From a virus (Duplodnaviria; Caudoviricetes), in IMG/VR virus record IMGVR_UViG_3300021412_000030, positions 1 through 27,385 of that record: a stretch of 27,385 bases of DNA, one strand, 5' to 3'. The notes beneath the pieces are model-generated. The model ran no database searches. It saw only the letters and a list, made by a program, of their open reading frames with translations, and was not told the DNA's origin. Each line of letters opens with the position of its first letter. Positions within the stretch are counted from its first letter, which is position 1. A program made the translations under genes and the position numbers. Below are positions 6,592 to 15,413 of the stretch, in pieces.

Positions 6592-8298
6592 ATGAGAACG
6601 ATACTCAACACAAAGTGTCCATACTGCAAAAAGCCGGCCAAAGAGAAGAATCGAGAGGAGATAGATGGGGAAATCTGGCTCAATCTAGAGTGCGGTCACA
6701 TCATCGTCAAGGACATGCTGAAGCCAGAGGATATCCAGATAGTCTCCTCTGACGGTAAGGTTCCATTTCCCTTTCAGCATTCTCCTACCGGCTTATTCAC
6801 CTTAGCTGACGGAAGCACACACGAATCGACAGTCAGCTTCCTAGAGCGTGCGGACTGTAACGGTCTGTGCCTACACGAGATGGGTCTTGGCAAGACTGTG
6901 ATCGAGTGCATCCTTCTCGCGCGCAATCCCCAACTTCTACCTGCTTTAATTGTCGTGAAGAGTGGACTACGCGCGCAGTGGTTCATGGAGATATTTCGAT
7001 GGACCGGAAAGGCTGCCCAGGTCATTACGTCCAGTCGAGAACTACCGCTGTTTGACTACTTCGACATCGTGATCATCTCGATCGATACCCTCCGCCTGGT
7101 CCGTCCAGATGTTAAGGTAGTCTCAGAGTTCGACATGATCGTATCCGAGAATGCCGGTAAGAAAATAGGCCCTCGACCGATCATATGGACCGATGAGATA
7201 TGCGCTAAGTTTAAGCATATCGCGATAGATGAGAGCCAGAAGATCAAGAACTCAGGATCTGCCAGGACTCAGGCTCTCCGCAAGATCGTTAGTGCATCCG
7301 AGAATCAGGGAGGGACTAAACCAAGAGTAATCTGCTATTCAGGGACCAATATCGAGAAGCACGCTGGTGAGTTTTTCGTCACTCTCAATCTGACCAGACC
7401 TGAGCTATTCCCAAATGAGTCTGTCTATCAGCGAGCCTACTGCGATATCGATCCAGAGACAGGCAAGATACAGGGGCTAAGGAATCCAGAGAGGTTCAAG
7501 GAGAGGACGAAGGACTTCATCATCCGATACAAACGCGATAATGTCCTTCCCGACCTCCCAAAGATTTTCAGACAGTTTAGACTAGCAGAACTAGAAGGCG
7601 GAGAACTACAGGCATACATCAAGGTCGTAAAGGAGTTTCAAGAAAGGATGGATGATCCAGAACATCCGATGATTCCGACAGAGATCTTAGGTTATCTGTC
7701 TAAGATGCGACATATAACTGGGATAGCGAAAACGAAGTCTGCGCTCGTGTTCATCGAGGAGTTCCTGTTAGAGTCGGAAAGAAAACTCGTGATTTTCCTG
7801 CATCACAAAATGGCCGGTTCTATACTAATGAAAGATTTAGAAAAACTATGTCGCGAAGCGGCATTCAATCCTCCATTACAGCTACACTCTGATCTAGACA
7901 TGAATCAGCGAGTAGCAGTGATTGAGGAGTTTAGGAAGCCAGGCAATCGTCTCTTAGTCGCCTCAACACTAGCATCAGGCGAGGGTCTGAATTTACAATT
8001 CTGTCAAGATTGCCTGATCATGGAGAGACAGTGGAATCCAGCAGCAGAAGAGCAGGCGGAGGCTCGCTTCCCTCGACCTAGACCAGATGACCCTTGGCCG
8101 CCCGGAGCTAGGATCAATGCTCACTATCTCATCGCAGCCGGGACGATAGACGATTTTCTCACCGACATCATCGAGACCAAAAGATCTAACGTGGCTCAGA
8201 CATTGGATGGCGAAGAAATCCAGTGGAATGAGGACTCGATCATCGCAGAGCTTGCTAAGGTTCTACAGACGAAAGGACTGAAGAAGTGGAAGCTATAG
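6592..8298 (+). CDS. SNF2-family (SF2) helicase/ATPase with N-terminal zinc ribbon
   Basis: HEMGLGKT Walker A, DESQ Walker B, SGT motif III, STLASGEGLNLQ, WNPAAEEQAEAR. Confidence 0.92.
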   Translation: MRTILNTKCPYCKKPAKEKNREEIDGEIWLNLECGHIIVKDMLKPEDIQIVSSDGKVPFPFQHSPTGLFTLADGSTHESTVSFLERADCNGLCLHEMGLGKTVIECILLARNPQLLPALIVVKSGLRAQWFMEIFRWTGKAAQVITSSRELPLFDYFDIVIISIDTLRLVRPDVKVVSEFDMIVSENAGKKIGPRPIIWTDEICAKFKHIAIDESQKIKNSGSARTQALRKIVSASENQGGTKPRVICYSGTNIEKHAGEFFVTLNLTRPELFPNESVYQRAYCDIDPETGKIQGLRNPERFKERTKDFIIRYKRDNVLPDLPKIFRQFRLAELEGGELQAYIKVVKEFQERMDDPEHPMIPTEILGYLSKMRHITGIAKTKSALVFIEEFLLESERKLVIFLHHKMAGSILMKDLEKLCREAAFNPPLQLHSDLDMNQRVAVIEEFRKPGNRLLVASTLASGEGLNLQFCQDCLIMERQWNPAAEEQAEARFPRPRPDDPWPPGARINAHYLIAAGTIDDFLTDIIETKRSNVAQTLDGEEIQWNEDSIIAELAKVLQTKGLKKWKL

Positions 8299-8335
8299 CT
8301 CGGAAGACCTCGCTCAGCTTAAAAAGGAGAAAGAA

Positions 8336-8527
8336 ATGACGAGTAATTGGGATGAGGCACAGACTCACTACATGCTGGAAAGGATAGCCGAGCGCGGCCA
8401 GGATCTCACTAAATGGGAGGAGGATTTCGTCTACTCGATTAACATGCTGGTCAATGAGAGAAGGGAGCTATCCGAGAAGCAGATGGATACTCTGAGGCGT
8501 ATCTATCAGGAAAAGGCTTTCGACTAA
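8336..8527 (+). CDS. hypothetical protein
   Basis: AAGGAG RBS; LTKWEEDFV..LSEKQ..L..I pattern common in small phage proteins. Confidence 0.7.
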   Translation: MTSNWDEAQTHYMLERIAERGQDLTKWEEDFVYSINMLVNERRELSEKQMDTLRRIYQEKAFD

Positions 8528-8546
8528 TCTTCGCTGCGCTTAGATT
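8526..8546 (-). repeat. GA/GNA hairpin element copy 10
   Basis: - strand AATCT AA GC GCA GC GA AGATT. Confidence 0.7.
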
Positions 8547-8573
8547 CTAGGGAGAGGATTGAGAGGAAGAGAA

Positions 8574-8744
8574 ATGACTTTGAACTGTCACAATTGTGGC
8601 AAAGAGATCCCACCTGAAGAGGGACGAATCGTCGAGGTGCCTACTGGAACCTGGATCGAGTGCAAAGAGTGTGTAGAGAAGAGGGCTATAGACTATGTTA
8701 TCGGACGAGTTCGCGATGGATCGCTTAAGGGAGGAAAGAAATGA
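8574..8744 (+). CDS. small zinc-finger protein
   Basis: CHNC...CKEC; GAGG RBS before ATG 8574. Confidence 0.65.
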   Translation: MTLNCHNCGKEIPPEEGRIVEVPTGTWIECKECVEKRAIDYVIGRVRDGSLKGGKK

Positions 8745-8875
8745 TGATTCTATACCCAATCGCCTGCATCATCGCAGCGATTATCCTAGCCGTCCTCAGT
8801 ATGATTCTAGACAGGCTCATACCGGATGAGGATATGTATCAGGGGATCGACAAGAGAGAAAGGAAAAGAAAGTGA
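8741..8875 (+). CDS. 44 aa single-TM protein
   Basis: MMILYPIACIIAAIILAVLSMILDRL..., GGAGG RBS, ATGA overlap. Confidence 0.6.
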   Translation: MMILYPIACIIAAIILAVLSMILDRLIPDEDMYQGIDKRERKRK

Positions 8876-9039
8876 CCCTAACATTCATCACCGTCTGGCT
8901 GCTAGTATTCATAGTCTTACTGTCAGCCTTCTGGTTTATCAACTGGTGCTTGGATGAGTTTTTGATTGAGGTAGAGATTGATGAGAAGTCTGAAGGAGAA
9001 AAGAATGCACCACCACATCACGATGTCAATAGACAGTGA
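8872..9039 (+). CDS. 55 aa single-TM protein
   Basis: MTLTFITVWLLVFIVLLSAFWFINWC..., GTGA overlap. Confidence 0.5.
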   Translation: MTLTFITVWLLVFIVLLSAFWFINWCLDEFLIEVEIDEKSEGEKNAPPHHDVNRQ

Positions 9040-9190
9040 TAAGCTAAGAGCTATTCAAGATTACCTGAAAAGCGATTTTGCGTTTATCGACGTGGATATT
9101 ACACCGGACGATCCAGAGATTACTAATGAGCTACGCAAGATATTCTTGCACATCCTGGGCTCTATACGGGATTACAAGTTACCAGTTTAA
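9005..9190 (+). CDS. hypothetical protein
   Basis: AAGGAG RBS before ATG 9005. Confidence 0.6.
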   Translation: MHHHITMSIDSDKLRAIQDYLKSDFAFIDVDITPDDPEITNELRKIFLHILGSIRDYKLPV

Positions 9191-9210
9191 GTCTGAACGA
9201 AGTGAAGACT
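9190..9210 (+). repeat. GA/GNA hairpin element copy 11
   Basis: AGTCT GA AC GAA GT GA AGACT. Confidence 0.75.
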
Positions 9211-9217
9211 AACTCGC

Positions 9218-9246
9218 TTGACTTTTAGCCCAACTTGATCTATACT
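9218..9246 (+). promoter_or_regulatory. sigma70-type promoter
   Basis: TTGACT-17 bp-TATACT in an intergenic gap. Confidence 0.8.
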
Positions 9247-9344
9247 TAGTAGATAAGGCGATCAGGCTCACTTAGACCTGAAGATGGCAAATATCTAAGA
9301 GTGAAAAAAAAATGAAGAAGAATGAGGAGACTAGGAGAGAAAAG

Positions 9345-9647
9345 ATGACTGACAACCAGAGAGTTATGGCCCTGGCGAAAATCATACGGTCCTATGCTCC
9401 AACTAAGAAGGATGATAGGATCTTGATGGAGGGAATAGAGAGGCAGAAGGATCTCACAGATGCAGAGATTCTCAAAGATCTGTCCTGCACTCTCCAAGAT
9501 GGACTCTATTATGGAAACTGGCCCTGGAATCGCGCTGCGATTGGATCGGTCGACATTGACAGGAGGAGAGAGACAGACAAGGAGGAAGGAGAGATCGTTC
9601 TAGGATTGGGAGATCTATCAAAGATTGAAGTAGAGGAGGGAAAGTGA
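9345..9647 (+). CDS. hypothetical protein
   Basis: AGGAG RBS before MTDNQ (alternative start 9312). Confidence 0.65.
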   Translation: MTDNQRVMALAKIIRSYAPTKKDDRILMEGIERQKDLTDAEILKDLSCTLQDGLYYGNWPWNRAAIGSVDIDRRRETDKEEGEIVLGLGDLSKIEVEEGK

Positions 9648-9868
9648 TAAGATTCTACTGTGTGACGTGTAAGAAAACAAAGCGTGCGCGGCGTAGGGTC
9701 TTGGGAAACGACGGAGAAAGTGAGACCTACTGCGCGCGGCATAATCCTCTCAGACTCTCTATGCAATCCAACCGGGCAGTATTTGTCAGAACTAGAGTGA
9801 AAGGTCACAACCGCGCGCAGGTCAAACTACCACAGCTTAACAAGCAGGCTGCTAAGAGAAAGAAGTAA
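9644..9868 (+). CDS. small basic Cys-containing protein
   Basis: CVTC...CARH, GAGGAGG RBS, GTGA overlap. Confidence 0.6.
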   Translation: MIRFYCVTCKKTKRARRRVLGNDGESETYCARHNPLRLSMQSNRAVFVRTRVKGHNRAQVKLPQLNKQAAKRKK

Positions 9869-9872
9869 AGAA

Positions 9873-10322
9873 GTGAGCATCAAACATCAGTCTATGTATC
9901 GTCAGCGTAATCTTGGACTTCAGGTTGATCCTCTGGTTATTTCATCAAAGGACGGCGACATCTCAATCTATCCTATAGTTCGAATCTCCTCTGAGCTTGC
10001 AGCATCTGAACTAGGAAAGGTCGAGGAGTTTAAGTGGGAATCTGGCAAGTATTTGGCTATCATCAAGGGGATCGATGTATTCATGGGAATCACTGGGACA
10101 GACATACTCCGTGTTCGTCTAGTCATTTATTTGGATTCAAAGGTAGATGTCTGGGAGGGATTCAAGTTCTTTGGTGTGCCTGAGATGGCTACGAACTTTT
10201 TGCATGGACTTGGAATAGGGCCTGGAAAAGTTAGTCCAGATGACATCGTAGGCAATACTATAGAGGTAGAGATTAAGGTAAGCGAGATCCTGGGTAGGAA
10301 GATGGTAGATATACGTTACTAG
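9873..10322 (+). CDS. hypothetical protein
   Basis: 149 aa ORF tiled within the operon. Confidence 0.6.
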   Translation: MSIKHQSMYRQRNLGLQVDPLVISSKDGDISIYPIVRISSELAASELGKVEEFKWESGKYLAIIKGIDVFMGITGTDILRVRLVIYLDSKVDVWEGFKFFGVPEMATNFLHGLGIGPGKVSPDDIVGNTIEVEIKVSEILGRKMVDIRY

Positions 10323-10344
10323 CTCAGATCTAAGAAAGGACAAG

Positions 10345-10947
10345 ATGACCGCATTCCCTCCGCGTGGCATAGAGATCATTGATCAGATCCGAGCTACCTT
10401 CCCAGATCTAGCTAAGTTAAGGGATGAAGAGTCTAGAAGGAAGCTGACCAGACTAATAGTCGAACAGATGTGTTATGAGTTGGGTCCAGCGTGGGGAACT
10501 AAGGCGCGCGACGCTCGGTCTCCTCAGTCTAAAGACTCAATAGCCTACAAGAGGCAGGATGGATCGATGGACATCTGGGACTGGCAGAATGGTGAGACTA
10601 GAGATAGACAGATTAAGTGGGGAGATCCTCCATCATACGCCAACGTGAGCGATGCCTACTTCATCGAGGTCCAGCCTATCAATCATCTCTACGTTGCTCC
10701 CATACCTATCACACTTAGACTATTGAACACCGATGAGATGATAGTAGTGATAGATGAGAAGATAGAAAGACTAGACGAGAAGCTGACGGATCTAGAGAAG
10801 AGCATCGCGACCTTAGAGTCCTTTACATCGATCACCCTACAAGAACTCTCGGTAGCTCTCCAGGATATCAGGACTGCCCAGGATCGGATGCTTGAGTCGA
10901 CAGGATTCCTAAAACTAACGCTCAGACCTCGCGAGACTAAGAAGTAA
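10345..10947 (+). CDS. hypothetical protein with C-terminal coiled coil
   Basis: AAAGGA RBS; heptad region IDEKIERLDEKLTDLEKSIATLE. Confidence 0.75.
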   Translation: MTAFPPRGIEIIDQIRATFPDLAKLRDEESRRKLTRLIVEQMCYELGPAWGTKARDARSPQSKDSIAYKRQDGSMDIWDWQNGETRDRQIKWGDPPSYANVSDAYFIEVQPINHLYVAPIPITLRLLNTDEMIVVIDEKIERLDEKLTDLEKSIATLESFTSITLQELSVALQDIRTAQDRMLESTGFLKLTLRPRETKK

Positions 10948-10961
10948 CTAAGAAAGAAGAA

Positions 10962-11411
10962 GTGAAGATGGCTAAGAATAGAACTAAAATCAACGGACTA
11001 CCAGTGATTGATAGCCTAAGAGATCTAGATGTAGATGTGCAGGTCTCGGACATAAAGCAGGCGAGGAAGAATGACCCTGCCAACTGTGCTATCGCTAGGG
11101 CTATCAAGAGGAAGACAGGGAAAGAGGCTAAGGTCTATCTCACTCGGACCTATGTAAAAGAGGAGGATCACTGGGATAGATATATAACACCACCAAGAGC
11201 TAGCCGTGAGATCGTCTCATTCGATAGGAGTCAGACATTCGATCCGGGGCAGTATAAGATCAATTATCCAAGTAAAGGTCAATCTCTAGAATATCAGAGA
11301 AGTCGTGATCGTAAAACAACGTGGAAAGGGAGAAAGGATAGATCAGCTCCAAGATCAGCACCGCAGAGGACTAAGAATGTAAGGGAATATGATCTGAAAG
11401 GGAAAAAGTAA
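10962..11411 (+). CDS. hypothetical basic protein
   Basis: 149 aa ORF; DPANCAIARAI motif. Confidence 0.7.
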   Translation: MKMAKNRTKINGLPVIDSLRDLDVDVQVSDIKQARKNDPANCAIARAIKRKTGKEAKVYLTRTYVKEEDHWDRYITPPRASREIVSFDRSQTFDPGQYKINYPSKGQSLEYQRSRDRKTTWKGRKDRSAPRSAPQRTKNVREYDLKGKK

Positions 11412-11894
11412 ATGAGTCTGGTCGATAAGAAGCGGATGATCGATCAACTGATCCTCCACGAAGGTCTGAGGCTAACTACGTATACCGACTCGACTGGCAA
11501 CGTCACGATAGGAATAGGCTATAATGTCTCAGACCGTGGATGGGGAGATCTGGAGCGCGCGATCGATAGGACGGTAGACAAGGATAAGCCGAAGATTACT
11601 AAGGCTGAGGCGATCCTAGTGTGTGACCACGACATAGAGATGTTCGAGATGTTTCTTAGGAAGTGGAAGATTTACCCTACTCTAGACCAGGTTCGTATGC
11701 GGGTAGTCCTAGATCTAGCCTACAATCTAGGTTCGGTCAAACTCAAAGAGTTCGTCAATACTAAGAAAGCGATCGAAGCCTATAACTTCGGCATAGCATC
11801 TGATCATCTCGCTAAGTCTAAGTGGGCCAAGCAGGTCAAGTCGCGCGCAGTTAGGCTTATCAAGATGCTCAGGACAGGCATTGACTATATCTAG
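11412..11894 (+). CDS. GH24 T4-type lysozyme (endolysin)
   Basis: catalytic E-x8-D-x5-T in HEGLRLTTYTDSTGNVTIGIG; T4-like C-terminus SKWAKQVKSRAVRLIKMLRTG. Confidence 0.93.
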   Translation: MSLVDKKRMIDQLILHEGLRLTTYTDSTGNVTIGIGYNVSDRGWGDLERAIDRTVDKDKPKITKAEAILVCDHDIEMFEMFLRKWKIYPTLDQVRMRVVLDLAYNLGSVKLKEFVNTKKAIEAYNFGIASDHLAKSKWAKQVKSRAVRLIKMLRTGIDYI

Positions 11895-11914
11895 AGGCTC
11901 GCTACGCTCGCTCT
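11894..11914 (-). repeat. GA/GNA hairpin element copy 12
   Basis: - strand AGAGC GA GC GTA GC GA GCCTC. Confidence 0.65.
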
Positions 11915-11941
11915 TAAATCTAGAAAGGGAGGGATAGGAAA

Positions 11942-12136
11942 ATGGATAGAAGAGAAGGGCTAATACTGATCGAGGAGACCTTGGCAAAGATAAGGAAAAT
12001 GGAGGACACAGAGGTAGCCATAGAGTTACTAGGAGAACTAGAGTATACAGTCGGGTTGCTCACCGAGGATTTAGTAGAGAAAGCAAAGATAGAGAAAGCA
12101 GAGCAGGCGGAGTTAGAGCAGGAGACCGAGGAGTAG
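11942..12136 (+). CDS. small acidic protein
   Basis: RBS present; Glu-rich 64 aa ORF. Confidence 0.65.
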   Translation: MDRREGLILIEETLAKIRKMEDTEVAIELLGELEYTVGLLTEDLVEKAKIEKAEQAELEQETEE

Positions 12137-12139
12137 GCT

Positions 12140-12592
12140 ATGTCTGTAGCTTTCTTAGAGTGCTCAATTATCATAAGGGAATCTTGGGAAAAGCATGAGA
12201 GAATCGAATGCTGTCCTCAGTGTCATAAGCATAAGCAGTTGATCTACGTCCGACCATATCGTGAGGGAGTCTTAGGGGAGGCAGGGAATACCGATTGGGA
12301 TCTATGTGTCGAAGGGATTGTCTGTTGCAATCTCTACCACTTCACTAGATCCCTACCTAGATCTTGGTGGGTCGAGAAGGCTAGGGAGTTAGGAGTTTAC
12401 CGAGAAGACATGCGTGGTTACATCTATCCAGCTAGTCCACATCGGAATACAGATGTTGAGAAGCAGCAGAGGGAGGTAGCGGATGACATACTACAAAGAT
12501 CTGGACGGAGAATACGAAGATCGAAATGGAGAGACGAAGATGAAAGAGAAAGACTCGGAGGTCTGCGTGTTTTTCAACGGCGAAGTAGATGA
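12140..12592 (+). CDS. hypothetical Cys-rich protein
   Basis: GAGGAG RBS; CCPQCH and CC motifs. Confidence 0.65.
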   Translation: MSVAFLECSIIIRESWEKHERIECCPQCHKHKQLIYVRPYREGVLGEAGNTDWDLCVEGIVCCNLYHFTRSLPRSWWVEKARELGVYREDMRGYIYPASPHRNTDVEKQQREVADDILQRSGRRIRRSKWRDEDERERLGGLRVFQRRSR

Positions 12593-12728
12593 GATGGCTA
12601 GTAAAGCTATAGAGTCGATAGTCAAGACAATTACTGAGCTATTGATCTATACCTATAATAAGGGATTAGAGAATGCATTGAAGCACGAATTGGAGAGGAC
12701 AAGAGAGATCATAAGGAAAGGAGGATAG
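12483..12728 (+). CDS. hypothetical protein overlapping the upstream gene
   Basis: GGGAGGT RBS; stop abuts the next start. Confidence 0.55.
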   Translation: MTYYKDLDGEYEDRNGETKMKEKDSEVCVFFNGEVDEMASKAIESIVKTITELLIYTYNKGLENALKHELERTREIIRKGG

Positions 12729-12729
12729 G

Positions 12730-13650
12730 ATGGTAGAACGAGAGCAGCTAATCTTCAACCTCGACTCACAGATCCTCAATACGATGGATCAGTGTGCAGA
12801 GAAATATAGGCTAGAGCACATCGAGCACTGGCGTCCTATGAGAAAGGCTCTTGCCCTAGAGAAAGGATCGCTCATGCACACTATGCTGAGAGTCTATCGA
12901 CAGGGCAAGAAGGATGGTCGAGTGGGCCTAGAAGAACATGGTCGCCTGGTCGATAAGGCTATCATGGTTAGTCGAGAGGCTTCATCATCTATGTCTATAG
13001 AATCGGACGAATTGGAAGAAGAGATTAGAACTTTTCAATCATACGTCCTCCGATGGCAGTATGATGGCTGGGAAATCTTAGACATAGAGCAGCCATTCTC
13101 TAAGATTCTATACGAAGATGAAGATCAGATCGACTACAACGGTAAGCTATACTCCGGCTTGACCATAATATATGAGGGAGTTATAGACGCACTCGTGAGA
13201 GATCCGAAGGTCGGGATAGTCGTAGTGGATACCAAGACAGAAGGTAGGAAGTCCTATCCCTACATCCTATCGAATCAATTCCAGGGATACGAGTGGGCAT
13301 TCAACTGTCCAGTTATAGTGGATAAGGTTGGCTTCCAGAAAACTTTAGCTGACAATGAAAGGTTCACTCGGCTAGAGCATAGATCAGGTCAGCCTGCAAT
13401 AGATGAATGGCGCGCGGATGCGATCGAGAAGGTCAGAGAAGCGATAGCCTGGCATAGAGATCTAACGTCCGGACGGAGGGATAGCCTGCGTAAGAATCGG
13501 ACATCTTGTGACAAGTATTCGGGATGCATCTTTCAGGGTGTCTGTAAGGTGCCAAAAGAATCCAGAACACACAAGCTACAGGCATTCTTCTTTAAGGACA
13601 AGCAATGGGATCCATATGATAGGCCAGACTTCGATGAGATAGCAGGATAG
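12730..13650 (+). CDS. PD-(D/E)XK exonuclease, Cas4/AddB-like
   Basis: GSLMH, E..F, GVIDAL, VVDTKT, QFQGY; one N-terminal Cys plus C-terminal CxxxxxCxxxxxC (Fe-S ligand pattern). Confidence 0.85.
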   Translation: MVEREQLIFNLDSQILNTMDQCAEKYRLEHIEHWRPMRKALALEKGSLMHTMLRVYRQGKKDGRVGLEEHGRLVDKAIMVSREASSSMSIESDELEEEIRTFQSYVLRWQYDGWEILDIEQPFSKILYEDEDQIDYNGKLYSGLTIIYEGVIDALVRDPKVGIVVVDTKTEGRKSYPYILSNQFQGYEWAFNCPVIVDKVGFQKTLADNERFTRLEHRSGQPAIDEWRADAIEKVREAIAWHRDLTSGRRDSLRKNRTSCDKYSGCIFQGVCKVPKESRTHKLQAFFFKDKQWDPYDRPDFDEIAG

Positions 13651-13669
13651 ATCTCGCTACGCTCGCTCT
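13649..13669 (-). repeat. GA/GNA hairpin element copy 13
   Basis: - strand AGAGC GA GC GTA GC GA GATCT. Confidence 0.65.
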
Positions 13670-13685
13670 GAACTGGCAGGAAAAA

Positions 13686-14057
13686 ATGAGTAAGAAGCAC
13701 AAGCATAAGGTTCACAAATATATGAGGGTAGAGTGGGGTAAGAAGAACTCTGTAATCTGGAGATGTGTCCTACCCGACTGCTCTCACTATGTCTCCGAAG
13801 GCTTCGCACTAAATCGAGCCTCTCTCTGCTGGCTCTGTGGTGAAGAATTTATCCTGACCACCAAGAAGCTAGCAAGGAAGAAGCCTAAGTGCGATGCTTG
13901 TCAATCTCGTCATTCCAGTCAACCTTGGAAAGAAACGCGCGCGGCCTGGTCTGGCGAAGATACGGGGGAAAGAGACACGAGGAAGAAGGATGATATAGAT
14001 CGGGATATCCTCTCGATCCTTCAAGATATAGAGATGAACCCCAAGGATCTAGAGTAG
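13686..14057 (+). CDS. zinc-binding hypothetical protein
   Basis: HxHKY, CxxxxCxH, CWLC, CDAC motifs. Confidence 0.7.
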   Translation: MSKKHKHKVHKYMRVEWGKKNSVIWRCVLPDCSHYVSEGFALNRASLCWLCGEEFILTTKKLARKKPKCDACQSRHSSQPWKETRAAWSGEDTGERDTRKKDDIDRDILSILQDIEMNPKDLE

Positions 14058-14059
14058 GT

Positions 14060-14188
14060 ATGCAGATCATCGTAGGAATAGTCAGCTTCTTCAGATACAC
14101 GATACCACGATGGTTCTACAGGTGGAGAGAGTCAAGAGAAGATCGATTCAGTCCAGAGATCCTACAACGGTATAAGAAGGAGAATTAG
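14060..14188 (+). CDS. 42 aa hypothetical protein
   Basis: MQIIVGIVSFFRY...; exactly fills the gap between neighbouring genes. Confidence 0.4.
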   Translation: MQIIVGIVSFFRYTIPRWFYRWRESREDRFSPEILQRYKKEN

Positions 14189-14189
14189 A

Positions 14190-14399
14190 ATGAGAATGCC
14201 AAACTTTACACGGGAAGAAGTAAAAGAGATAATCGACCTCTACAATCTATCAGAGTCGGATACAATTTGCATGACTCAACTACTGGTCCATATCCTATCG
14301 GCTCCGTTCAGCTCAGAACTAATCTGTAAATTGCTTAAACCTATTACCAATCTTGTAGAGCTAGCTGTCGAAGGGGCGAGGGAGAAGAAGAATGCCTAA
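14190..14399 (+). CDS. hypothetical protein
   Basis: AAGGAG RBS; overlaps the next start. Confidence 0.6.
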   Translation: MRMPNFTREEVKEIIDLYNLSESDTICMTQLLVHILSAPFSSELICKLLKPITNLVELAVEGAREKKNA

Positions 14400-15228
14400 G
14401 ACCTGCGATATCGTGCTAGGTGGACGATTCATGGGACTTTTCGTCGGGCCTAATGGGACAGGAAAGACTATCGCAGCCGCCTCATGGCCTGGAAACATCT
14501 TGTTCTTTGATTTCGATGGTCGGATGGCTCCTGTTAGACTCTTCTATCCCGACCGAAAGGACATCGAGTATATCACTGTAGGTTTGGACGGAGGGACTAG
14601 ATCCGACGTCATAGGATTCACAGAGTTCACACATCGCTTTGAAGATTTACAGGATCGATGCCCGTATGATCTAGTCGTCGGAGATAGCTATACGTCCTAC
14701 TCAGCTACCGCAGTCCTGCATCAGATGGGTCTACATGAGAAGGATGTGAAGAGGACGAAGGGAGGTCTACCTATACCAGACTGGGACGAGTATAAGGGTG
14801 AGACTGGAGTGATGCTTCAGATCTTGGAGATAGCTAAGATCCTACCATGTAACTTCATCATGACTGCTCATCCTGTCTCGAAGGCAGCTACTACTAAACA
14901 AGGAGGATCGACTAACGAGACTCTGGCATCAATGATCAGACAGTCTACCCTAGCAACCTATGGATGGAAGACTGTATCCTTCTTGCCCAACTACTTCAAC
15001 GAGATCTACTACTTCTACAATGAGGCTTCGGCTCAGGTCGGACAGGTGACTAGAAGGTTCGTTCAGACTGTGGCATCAGGAGAGATCATGGCTAAGACTG
15101 CACTCCCTCTCCCTGCTGTTATGGAAACTCAGGATAAGCCATTCTATCACGTTTTGCAGGCCCACTTGAAGGCTTACGATATCAAGCTTCAGGCGCGCGC
15201 GTTGGCGGTGGCTGGTGACGAGAAGTGA
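14392..15228 (+). CDS. AAA_24 / Sak4-like ATPase (putative recombinase)
   Basis: GPNGTGKT Walker A, LFFDFD, VVGDSYT Walker B, MTAH; lies between exonuclease and SSB. Confidence 0.85.
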   Translation: MPKTCDIVLGGRFMGLFVGPNGTGKTIAAASWPGNILFFDFDGRMAPVRLFYPDRKDIEYITVGLDGGTRSDVIGFTEFTHRFEDLQDRCPYDLVVGDSYTSYSATAVLHQMGLHEKDVKRTKGGLPIPDWDEYKGETGVMLQILEIAKILPCNFIMTAHPVSKAATTKQGGSTNETLASMIRQSTLATYGWKTVSFLPNYFNEIYYFYNEASAQVGQVTRRFVQTVASGEIMAKTALPLPAVMETQDKPFYHVLQAHLKAYDIKLQARALAVAGDEK

Positions 15229-15413
15229 CTATCGGTGAGGCTATTGAACTTCTGACTAAACTCAAAGGTAGGCATGGCGATATTGAGGTATTCTTCGACT
15301 GTCCACAGTGTGGGAAGTCGTTCAGTCCCTCTACAGTAACAGCTATGGCTGTGCATTTCTCAGATGAAGAGTCAGTTAATTCGGGGAAAGGGAGGAAGAA
15401 TGCTGACCGATGA
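15225..15413 (+). CDS. small hypothetical protein
   Basis: GTGA overlap; MTIGEAIELL...HGDIEV, CPQCG. Confidence 0.6.
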   Translation: MTIGEAIELLTKLKGRHGDIEVFFDCPQCGKSFSPSTVTAMAVHFSDEESVNSGKGRKNADR

